From: Podarcis vaucheri
Taxonomy: Eukaryota
Direction: 5' to 3' (one strand)
Length of the DNA stretch: 64,000 nucleotides
Assembly (NCBI GenBank): GCA_965113315.1
Contig: OZ220376.1
Under the pieces are notes generated by a model. It made no database searches. It had not been told where the DNA came from and saw nothing but the letters and a program-made list of their open reading frames with translations. Positions 53,301 through 64,000 of this stretch are shown here, piece by piece; positions within the stretch are counted from its first letter, which is position 1, and each line of letters opens with the position of its first letter. The translations under genes were made by a program, and so were the position numbers.

Positions 53301-54150
53301 GAGGAAAGCCAGAGAAGGTCCACAAACTGGCAATTAAAGCAAGCAGCAGCAGCGGCGGCGGCAGCAGTAAAGCCCCTCGCTCCCAGCCAAAGAAGCACAA
53401 GCCCAACTACACACTTTACCCACTTCCTGCACCCTTTGGGGCACTTCCGGCCTCACGCTGAACTGCTTTTTCCAACCTAACGTCCAACGCGCAGGATGGA
53501 GAGTTTTCACTAGAGAGATGCCAAAGTACAGAGCGAAACGCACATCTATGCCGCGGCCATAGTTTATCCATAAAGAGAGAAATGGACCTCACTATATCTT
53601 TTTGTAGGCAATTTTAATTTTGTATGATTTAAAAAAAAACTTTTAAAATTACTACTCTCCATCTTAACTAGCCATTTCTTAATATCTAACATTCCCTGCT
53701 ATATCTTTCTATCTCTATAGTCTGGGTGTCTGACAGACCCGCGCTGCCGGGTCCTGTCAGGTTTGTTGTGAAACACCTCGGCGGAACCGTAGCTACTGTA
53801 ATATCCGAGCAATCCCCGCAGCTTACTTTGACAACTACGGATTAATATTTTTTCCGCTTCTGGTTTTAGCGCCGTCTTCTCTACCACCATCCTGGTGTTT
53901 TGTAGATTTTTTTTTTTTGTCATTGATGAATGTATTTCATCCCTGCTAGGACCTGCCCGATCAACGGCAGCAAGCCCTTGACAACGGTTGCCATGTGGAA
54001 GACGCTTGGGCCCGGGGGCATTGATTTAGGCCCTAGTTACCCCATTTTAACACGCCGTGTCCGGCCACGCAGTGAGCGAGATTGCAACGTGACTCCACCC
54101 CCTCCCCGCCTCCTTCTCTTCACTTCTTAACGTTATTCTCGGCTGCAGAA
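53080..54150. promoter_or_regulatory. CpG-rich promoter region of TEDC2
   Basis: High CpG density around exon 1; ETS motif CCGGAAGT near 53444 (minus strand), GC boxes, RFX-like half-site GTTGCCATG near 53987; minus-strand donor GTAAGC at 53826 may end an upstream first exon. Confidence 0.7.
53275..53300 (-). CDS. TEDC2: TEDC2 coding exon 1 (MLPADCAH-R)
   Basis: ATG at 53300-53298 inside a CpG-rich region; donor AG|GTGA. Confidence 0.9.
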
Positions 54151-54157
54151 AGGCACA

Positions 54158-54586
54158 CCCCATCCATTTGCAGGGAACTCTGAGTTTTTGATTAGCATAA
54201 GGTTACCTGGTATACCTGGAAAAGGCTTTCCCATAAGGATGTGGCAGTTTCAGCAAAGATCTGTAAAGATCTGTAAAAATAAAAAATGGAACTGCATTAT
54301 AATACTTAGCACACACATATTCAAAATCTGGATACATGTTTTCATTTCCTTATCTTTAATTTCAGATATCAAAAAGCAAGTTACTAGCTGCCCTTCTATA
54401 ACCCAGGCATTCCAATCACACCATGCCAATTCCAACCCATCCCACAAGCATTTCTTTTGTATTGCCACTTATTAAATTAGTTCAGGTCAAGGACATTTAG
54501 CCAGAACCACCGTCTTTACAAATAGCTCAGAAATTTCAACAGGCCCAAAATGTGTTTGATGGAGAAGAAAACAAGAAGAAGCAACT
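54158..54586 (-). repeat. Near-identical duplicate of 50351-50769 (TEDC2 exon 5 plus flanking intron)
   Basis: Direct comparison: 419 bp shared plus a 10-bp tandem duplication in the copy. Confidence 0.95.
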
Positions 54587-56522
54587 CTGAAACTGCTTAT
54601 AGAGTAGTAATTATAAAATCACCCAGGAGAGGGCCAACTTCTGCTATGATCTTAATGCTGAATTGCATTCTGAATGCCAATTACGGTACGTTTAAGTATG
54701 GTATGGGTAATATGTTGCTACTTAATATTCCTAGGTACTTGAGTCATTCATAATTTTATTAGAAACACATTGCTCTTAGCTGGCAAACAGATCCATAGCC
54801 TGACCTTACTGGAGGTTAGGGTAATAGTGCAATCTTAGACATGTTTGCTCAGAATTAAGTCCTACTGAATTCAGTGGGACTTAGTCCCAGCAAGTGTGTA
54901 TAGGACTGCAGCATAACAGTCTTAAATAATAATAACAACATAATATTAATAATGTATTGCTTTACTTTTCCCAAATAGTGAATTGACAGCTATTCATCTT
55001 ATATAGCAGAACATAAAGAGGTAACTCTGGGATTGGGAACACTTGCGGTTTCAATGTATGCATTATGCAGAAATGCTCTGAAACTTATTTGAATACATCC
55101 TGCATTTGCATTGCAAATATCTGCCTGTAAATGCAAGAAAATGTGACAAAATGTTAAGAGTTTGGGGGAGAGGCAGACTCTCCATAATCTCTTGATTCAG
55201 TAAAGAGCTATAATGCGAGCAAACTCATAAATTAAGCAAAGGTTGATTAATTAAAACTGAGCCAAGCACTGTTGCTTTCAGTTTAGGATCACAAGCCCAG
55301 GCAGCTTCACATACCTAGCTGGGGATAAGCCAGCCCCTTAACATGACAAAAGGTGTTGATGACCCATATGATTCTATGATTCTATGATTCATATCAAAGT
55401 AGGTGTTTGGGCCTGGGCAGACAGAGGTTAGCAAGGTGACAGGTGTGTGTATGAGGTGACAGGAAGGAGTGTTATTTACAGGAGGTTTGGGTTCTTTAGC
55501 AAGGTGTGCTGGGAAGAAGAAAGGGGGACAGAGGAGTCTTCCATGAGCTGCTGAAAAGGCCAGAACTCCATGCAGGGCTGGATGACCAGAACCATCTTGG
55601 CAGGCTTGCTGAAACAGGCTGGGAGAGATGCCTTGGACTCCAGTGCTGCACTGAGATGACCATGCTGTAAGATCTGGATTCCATCCATCTAAACTCAGGT
55701 GTAAATATTTGAAAAAATCCTATTTTTTAAAGCTCCACCGCATCTTGATTCAAAATGGCCTCCACCACATCTTGATTCTCAAAGGAACACAAACCTTAGG
55801 TGAGTGCCTGTAACCTCCTGGAATCTTGCTACAGCTCAGCAGAGATTAGGGGTGATGTCCAACCTTGGCAGCAATATATTCTCACAATAAACAATGAGCT
55901 GTCACTGAGGCTGATCTCCCTTTGCTCAGATTACTGTATGTCTGCAGACACCTTGTGTGAGAAGAGCAAAAAGTCTTCAGGAGGATAAAAATGTTCTCTA
56001 GAGTCATCCTGCAGAAGTTCATCAATGTCATTTTATTCAAAATTTTGGTTGTAAAGGCTGAAAACCCAGGAGCTACTGAGCTGGATGCTAAGCAACACAG
56101 AGACCATGGCAACAGTTCCTGTTTCCTTGTGCCACTCATTGATAAAATTCAGGTTACAGTAGCTTAAGCACAAATTCTGAAAGGCAAACTTAATATTACA
56201 ACCAGGCAATATTACAAGATAACATTGATTCATGATGTGTCTACACATAAGACTATACTGTGTGCAGTGTAATCAGAGAGAAAACTACCAGGAGACTGAG
56301 AGCGTGAAACTATCTGCATATAGTTAATTGCAGAAACAGTCAGTGATGTATTTTTGCAATGGCAAAACTAGCCTGAATTTGAGACAGATAACCATTCTTT
56401 TAATTTTATTATTTATACCTTGCCCACCTGGCTGGGTTTCCCCAGCCACTCTGGAAATGTCATGTTGGGTACTGGGGTACTGAGCCCGGCCTTGGCTGGG
56501 GAGGGCAGAGTATAAATAAAAA

Positions 56523-56571
<49 letters not shown>
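56523..56571. repeat. (ATT)n microsatellite
   Basis: Direct observation. Confidence 0.95.
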
Positions 56572-56572
<1 letters not shown>

Positions 56573-59500
56573 AAATATTACATCATGAACTTTCATAGGC
56601 AAGAACTTAATTTGTCAGATGTGTGCCAATATCCCTTTGAGGGTTTTGAGTCAATCCAATTTAAATATCTGTAACTGAAGGGATATTTATGGCTAAGGTG
56701 GTTGGATGAAAAAAAAAGAACGAGCTTGTAAAATAAGGAATTTCAGAAGATGTAGCGAATACATGGCTATGGTGTATTACTTCCAGTATCAGAGACAGCG
56801 TGCTTCTGAATACCAGTTACTTGGAATTGCAAGCAGGAAAATGCAGGTGCACTCATGTCCTGGTTATATGCTTTGCAGAAGCATCTGCTCAGCATTGTGC
56901 AGTCAGAATGCTGGACTAGATAGGCCAGTAGTCAGCAACCTTTTGGGAACATGGGCACATTTGAAAATCAGAAAAACTGTCATTTGAATACCAGAAAAAC
57001 TCCACACTGGTGACCGCTGAGATAGGCCTCTGGTCTGGTCCAACAGGGTTATTTTTGTGTTTGCAGTACCCTATGTTCCTCATCAGCTTTGGTGCATAAA
57101 ATGATAGGCTGTGTGGTGGATGGTGCATTAGTGTTAATGCTCATGTGTTGACCCCAATATGTTTACCCAAGCCTGAGACGTTTTGCAGCTGAAGGCAAAA
57201 TCCCCTGACACTGCCATTGTTCCCACGACACTACTCCATCACAGATCTGGGTCCCTCCTCTCTGCTCCCACCATCACGCCTGCACTGCTGCCAGCCCCAT
57301 CACTGCAACTGCACCCTCACTTACAACTGTGCCTGCACTTCTGCAATGACACAGCAGCAACAGCAAGGGCAATGGGGCTGTGTTGGCAGAGGCAAAGTCC
57401 TGGCAGCAGTGCAACAGTGGGGGTGGGGTGGGTGGGATCCACTGCCAGAAGCCAATGACTTAACTTTGCCTAATAGACAGGTCACCCCAGCTGACCCTTC
57501 TACGTTCAAAACAGAACATCTGGATTCCCTATAAAAGTTACATGCACCCTTATGAAGGATGACATTCCCCCAAAGCAAAAACAGAGTCAATGGGAGCATT
57601 CTGACCATTGTTGTTTTTGTGTGGGATTCAACCAACAAACCCAAAGCTCAACAACTGTGCCCGCATTTTCGCTTTTTGAAATATGGCAACCCTATGCTTC
57701 CCCAAATGATCAGACATTTTGCAAGATGGAAACAAATGGGAAATGTAGTGGAATGTGTGAGATACTGCTTGCCACATCATCATATAACTTCTGCACAAAC
57801 CAATCAGAGTGAATGCTCAATAAAGAGTCAGTGTTGTCTAATCCAACTGCAAACATATCAGGAGGATTATTCAATAGTCAGGCTGCCTGGAACACAGGAA
57901 CATGCAATGCTGTCTAACTGGCAGTGGCTCTCCAGGAATTCAGACAGGGATCTCTCCCAACCCCACCTTGGGAAGCCAGGAATTGGACATGGGATTGTCT
58001 CTATGCAGGGCAAATGTTCTACCACTGAGCTATGGCCCTTCCCTAGGGGAAACAATCAGTGACTTAGAAGGAGCAAGTTATGATTGTATTGTTGCAACAC
58101 ACCTTGAGACTTTACAGTGCAGGGCAAGTAAGACATCTTATAAAACAAATAAATACTGAAAAAATTGGACTGATAATTTTATATATTGCAACCAGGGCCA
58201 TCTTTAGCATATGTGCCGCCGGGGTGCAAGGATCCACCCACTGCCCCAAATTTAGTTTAGCCGCCCTTATTTTAGGGGGGGCGAACTCATAGTTGTTGAC
58301 CTTTTTTGGGGGGAAATCATTCACCAGTAACAACAATGCAGTGGAAATAACTGCTTTTGACGCTATGGAGTAACAGAGCGACGAAGGAGGGGCACGGGAA
58401 CTTTCACTCCATTGCTTTTCCCTGCTGCCAATTGAGAGGGACTGGTATACAGTAGGTATACATTTGGTGCCCCCCAGAATCCGGCGCCTGGGTGCCCCAC
58501 ACCCCTTGCACCCCCGGGTGAAGACGGCCCTGATTGCAACTGACAGTCTTCAGCTGTTGCGCCAGAGCAACAGTGTGAGTGGAGCACCACAAAAGACTGG
58601 TAGAGCATATGCTTTGCATGCAGGTCTTTGGTTCAATTCCTGGCATTTCCAGGATGGAAGAGACTCCTTTCCTGAAACCTTGAGGAGCTGTTGCTAGTCA
58701 TGTAGGCAATACTGAAGTAGATGGACTCAGCTTCCTTTCTTTCAATGTACTGGTGCAAACTTTCCTCAATGTGATCTTAGGGCTTACCTCTGCACTTTGT
58801 AAGCACGGCTTTAAAGCTCTGTGTCTGAGCACTCTTTTTTTTTGCTCCAGAACATTCTCCACTAAAACATGCTCTTTAAAGCTGAATCGGAGCAAACGGC
58901 AAGCTACAGAAAGTCCCAATTGCCGTTTGTTGAGCAGGGGAAAGTTCTGGGGCAAAAAGAAAGAAAAAAGATCACTCAGAAACAAAACTTTAAAGTGCAG
59001 AGCTGTGTCTGAAAAGAGCAGGGTGAAAAGTAAGTGTGGATAAGCTTTTAGGTTCTTTTTATAATGGGCCTTTCCCCCCTTTTACAGGTAGGCAATTAAG
59101 TTTACTTTCCTTTAAAAAAAGTAGACACACACTTATATAGAAACTAATCCCATTGATTTAAATTGTACTTCCAAATCAGTGCACTTAACATAGAAGCCGA
59201 CAAGCTGTGAGCCTGACATTTTGGAGAAACAGAAACCATGAGGGGGCAATTGCACTGGAGCATGATTGCATCCTCTTGCAATTAGTTTTATTTTATTTTA
59301 TTTTTTAAAAAGCTCTTCAACAAGTCCCACTACATTTTTCTAAAATTCACCTTAAGTACCAGTATGAAGGTGAATATTAAATTAGCCTTCGCTCTGGAAA
59401 ACAGCCAGAGAGAAAGAAAACCAGGACATAATTAAATCTCATTAAAAAATTCCACAGAGGCAAAACACTTTCTGCTCCTAGGCGCACGACAAACTTCCCT

Positions 59501-61967
59501 CCACAATGTTTTCCCACAATGTGGCTGCTTTCCACAAGTAAAATATGAGAGGTACCACAAGATTTTGTGAGAAACATAATCAGCATTAGACCCACATTTC
59601 CCACATGGAGAAATTTTTACTGAGGTTGGGTGAAAAATACACCCATTGCACAGCCTTACTCTCCTGCCCACCTTCCTTTTGCAAGTCATTTGTTCCAACA
59701 GACCACCTGAAACTCTTATTAGCTGGTTAGGTGAATGATTCTGAAATAAAGAAAATACACACAATTTTCCTTGTTCTCTCAAAAGAAGAGGAGCTTCTGG
59801 CAGCACACGACTAAATGGCACAGAAGGCAAGCCATTGTTATGAGAATTTCAGGTTGGTTTGGAGCACAGGAATATAGGAAGCTATACTTACTCTGAGACA
59901 GACCTTTTGGTCCATGTAGCTTAGGCTTTGTACACACTATACCTCTGAAGCACTTTCATTCTTCTCAAAGAATTATGGGCACCATAGTATAGGTATAATG
60001 TAGGTGCATCTTCAGAATTGTTTGCACTGACAGGCAGCCGGCCTCCAGGATTTCAGGCCGGGTTCTCGCCCTGCCCTACCTAAAGATGCTGGAAGCTTCT
60101 GCATGGAAAGCATGTGCTATGCCACTGAGCTCTGGTCCTCTGAGAGGGCCCTCCAACTCTGTGGCTTTAGGGATGGGTGGATCTTGACAATGAATTCACC
60201 TACAATAATTAATGTACCCAAGAGGCTTGAGTAGTGTCATAGTATCGTGGACATTTTGCTGTGGCCTTGGCAGAGCCCCAGGGTGACCATGATATTATTT
60301 AGAAAACCAAGAAGCCATCCTTCAGGTGTGCAGCAACCAACCACTGAATGACAAGATGAATGACCGGATGAAGTAACAAACTTCCCCTGCCGAGACATCA
60401 GTTATGTACACATTAATGGCTTAAAATGCAGCGAGGTCACACACACACACACACACTTGTCACATTTGCATGTTGCTGTACACCAGCAAGATAGCTTCAC
60501 CCAGACTGCATTACCTGTTGGGTTTCCTCACACTGCGGCCTGAATTCATATTTATGAAGCTGTAATTTGGTCAGTCAATTGGTTGGTCAGCCATCTGCTG
60601 CGCGCACAATGGCTATCTCAACTGTGCATACCTCCGCTTGACTGCACAATGAATGTGACTTTTGTTTCCAAATTGGACAGAAGCTGGCCTGAGGGAAGAC
60701 TCGCCAAAGAGCAGTATTTCTTAAGAACCTACAGGACAGATATGGATTGTGGCTAATGTCACATGTACACAGCTTCAAACACCAGTAGAGGGAGTGCACT
60801 GGAGACAGAGTAAATGGTAATGTGTACACAGCATCTATTACCTTTTGCCATCTAAGTGTAATACTGACATACCTTACAGGGCTGTAACACAGATTACAAA
60901 ATAGCATATGTGAAGTGCTTTGAAGCTTTTGGAAGAACATATACAAGGCATATATTATTTACCTGACTATCTAGTTCAAGAGCCTAATAGCTAAGGTCTG
61001 GTTTATTATATGTTCAGCAAAATGAAATAAAAAAACCTGGAGGCAACAGAATGGAGTGGACAATATCAGTTTTGAAACACAGGTGTGGGGTGTCATTTTT
61101 GAAAGTTCACCCTGCAGATTAAACAAAAACAAAGAAAACAAAACTAGCACATCAGAGATAGAAACTCTCTTCCACTGAACACAACATGGATCTGAAAAGT
61201 AAGGATGTAATTGGCCAGCTCTTAGCATCTGTCCACTTGCAAGGTTTCGGAGATATGCAAATAGGGCCACAAAGAAGTACTAGCACAAGGCATGGAATAA
61301 CGGGGATCGGCAAGGTTTATCTTGCCAGGGCTGGATCAGTCCTGTGGAGATCCCTCTGTGGGCCGGATTGCGCGCGCACATGAGTGTGTTTGCCTACAAT
61401 TTTCAGTGTCTGCGTCTATGCCTGCACAGACACGATTTCCAGCACTGCGGAAGCAAGTCCCCGCGCCATGCTGTGCCGGTTTAGCACAGCGCGCGAGTGG
61501 GCACCTCATTTAGGGGGCAGCTCGGGGGCTGGTCAAACGACCTCCGCGGGCCACTTCTGGCCCATGGGCCTTAGGATGCTGACCCCTGGAATAGCATGTC
61601 AGCAGAGAGATTAACATATAAACTAAGACTGGCCAAAGGTCAAACCAAATCTGTCTTGTGTACAGATGGTCCCAGATTCAATCTTCGGCATCTCCAGGTA
61701 AGGTGAGGGAATATTCCTGCCTGAAGGCCTGGGATTCTGCTGCCTGTCAGTGTAAACAATACTGAGCTAGATGGACCCATGGTCTGACTTGGTATAAGAC
61801 AGCGTCCTACAACTGTATAATTTTATTTTACATATGGCATGCTAACAATAAAGTCAGTGTCAAGGGCCATCAGACTGCTTTCAATAATTCCACCCCTACC
61901 TAAAAAAAAAAACACCCTGCTTGCACCTCTTATGTGTTGTAATGATCTATTTGTTGTGCTTGATCTC

Positions 61968-62023
61968 ATGTAGATTAGTATAAAACACACGTTTTATGTA
62001 GATTAGTATAAAACACACGTTTT
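61968..62023. repeat. 28-bp tandem duplication
   Basis: atgtagattagtataaaacacacgtttt x2. Confidence 0.9.
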
Positions 62024-63800
62024 CCAGCCATTCTTGTTTTCTTGTTTTCTGTTTACAGCATGAAGTGGTGCATGGTATATTGCTAGATACCTCTACTCAC
62101 AAGTAAGTACTATTGTTTTGGTTGATCTTACTCCTAGCTAAGTGTATATATGATTTCAGCCACAGCCTGTTCTGGCTTCTCAGGTCTCTGTCACTTCATT
62201 CCGCTGCATGTGTAGGGCAGGTCTTCTTTTCTTCGTTGTGCTTTTTAATTACATTTATTGTCTGCTCCTGCCCTCAAATTCTACATAAGTCACTCCACAA
62301 TTTTGTCACAGATCATAGAGCTGATTCCCTTTGAGCATCCTTGGAGTTCTGCACTAATCATCTTTATTAAAACTTCATTTAAAAGTAAACAAATCAAAGT
62401 TAACCCTTGGGCTTGTCTGCAGGTGTTGCCTTGTGCCATCTAAGAAAATGTGTACACATTGGAATGCCTTAGCTCATCATAACTTTTCCACGTGAAAGAC
62501 TCCAAGAAAAATGGCCCCTGGAAAATGGTGTCATCATAAATAGATGCCTGTACTCTTCTGTACTTCCATAGTTATTGGCATCACTTGGTACAATGGAAGA
62601 GATGCCTGCGGACGTGAGCTCTTGATGTGGAAGCACTAGAAAGACGGGCCACTTCTGTAACCTGAGAAAGCCCTGATTATACTGTGGTTTTTTAAAATAT
62701 ATATATTATTGACTTTCAACAAAACAAACAAGTACAATGAACAACAAAGAACAAAGAACTCACAGCCCTAATTGTGGTGAAGTCTGCTGAGGAAGTCTCT
62801 TTCTGATTACAATATGCTGTAAAGTGTGTAATATTTTGATTATCTCAAGGGTTTTTGCCATAATGGTCCATGTTTATCTAGTGGCTGAATCTATATATTT
62901 TGGAAAGTTGTTTGTTTGCTATGCATTTGGATACCTCTTAAGAGAGCATGACCCTGTTTGCAGCAATGCTCTTTAGATGAAGGAGCAAGATGCCATTTTG
63001 AATCAAGGTGGTAGGCTGAACCTTTCAAAACTGCACTGATTTTACCCCACTGGTTTTAAACCACACTGGTTCCTTAGAATTCCTGAGCAATGCCGGGTAT
63101 GAAGCTGCAGGTACAGAATAAAACTGTACCATTCCACGTTGAAGTTGCTAGTTTGAGTGTTATTTATGTGTGCTTTTTTTGCAATCAAATGTGCCATTAC
63201 TAGTGCTAGAAACTAAAGCTGTTGCTACAAAATTTCAAACATAGCATGGGAGAAGTTTTCTAAAACTAAAATAGCCAATCAAGCAGCAGCAAATGTAGAT
63301 CCTTATGAATTAGACCAAAGATCTGCAACCAACGGGTCAGAACCCACAGGTGGGTTGCAAGGCCATTTCAGGTGGGTTGCTACAAAGCTGTTGCTGGCAG
63401 GTTGGACTCCAGCGAAGGCTGACCAGACCAAAGGAGCACTTCATGTCTGCACTAGAACACATTATTCTAATGAGGCACTCATTTTATCAGTTGCCATGAG
63501 TGCTGGAACGTGGCAGGAGAAAGGCAAGAGCCTTTTTCAAAAAGAATGATGTTTCTGGCCAACTGTGTGTCTCACCTTTCCTATAGCTATGCCTTTAGTG
63601 AGGGAGCACTTTATCATTATGATTAATATTATTTGTTTATTTATTTATGCTCTTTATTAATTATTTATACACCATACCTTTACAACATATGTGCTACTGG
63701 CTGAAGGGTCATGAACTAAAGTTGCTCCTGGGCCCCTTCAGGATTAGGGGCCCTGAAGCTTAAGCTTCATTAGTTTCATAGTAGATCTGCCCCTGCTGTT

Positions 63801-64000
63801 AAAAGGTAAAGGGACCCCTGACCATTAGGTCCAGTCGTGACCGACTCTGGGGTTGCGGCACTCATCTCGCTTTAGTGGCCGAGGGAGCCGGCGTACAGCT
63901 TCCGGGTCATGTGGGCAGCATGACTAAGCCGCTTCTGGTGAACCAGAGCAGCGCACGGAAACGCTCTTTACCTTCCTGCTGGAGCGGTACCTATTTATCT
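63801..64000 (-). mobile_element. Sauria (Squam1) SINE, 3' half (cut by window end)
   Basis: aaaggtaaagggacccctgaccattaggtcc... matches the 38284 copy. Confidence 0.9.

Larger units (their letters stand above)
55476..63502 (-). pseudogene. Decayed multi-exon Slo/BK-family (KCNMA1-like) potassium channel gene, gating-ring part; probably continues beyond the window
   Basis: Collinear motif remnants, most behind AG acceptors: FIGSTFAAA (63309-63282, one-base shift), SRAHVRRHLFHCTK* (62620-62581), FKEHVLV (exon 58946-58788), LHFPFVSIL (exon from 57790), NLNFINE..GTVAMVSVL / LASSSVAPGFS (exon from 56176), KMVLVIQPCMEF (exon from 55688). Multiple stops and frameshifts. Confidence 0.6.

Noticed and set aside
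55890-55925. GRSASVTA as a cyclic-nucleotide-binding motif
   Set aside because: Isolated match lacking the preceding FGE motif; the collinear Slo/RCK reading explains the region better
54600-64000. CCNF 3' end expected from human synteny
   Set aside because: No cyclin F-like peptide found in this interval

Overview
Vertebrate genomic DNA, almost certainly from a lacertid lizard (several Sauria/Squam1 SINEs, plus CR1, L2, Rex1, hAT and Tc1/mariner elements), with one 190-N assembly gap. Two intact protein-coding genes can be read on the minus strand. One is a complete 10-exon TEDC2 (C16orf59; CDS 53300->43035, 529 aa, all splice phases consistent, one intron with a U12-type donor). The other is a single-coding-exon TMEM100-like gene (22809->22435, 124 aa). 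Two decayed genes are inferred from by-eye motif alignment. Upstream of TEDC2 (about 63500->55480) are ordered, frameshifted exon remnants of a divergent Slo/BK-family K+ channel gating ring (end of RCK1 and RCK2), apparently without a Ca2+ bowl. At 34704->33960 is an intronless TNF-receptor-like relic. The window also shows several local DNA-copying events: a MITE that captured the flank of a sister copy 17 kb away, a copy of TEDC2 exon 5 next to its own promoter, a Rex1 LINE with a 57-bp flanking duplication, and two perfect fold-back hairpins. All family calls are from memory; no database searches were run.
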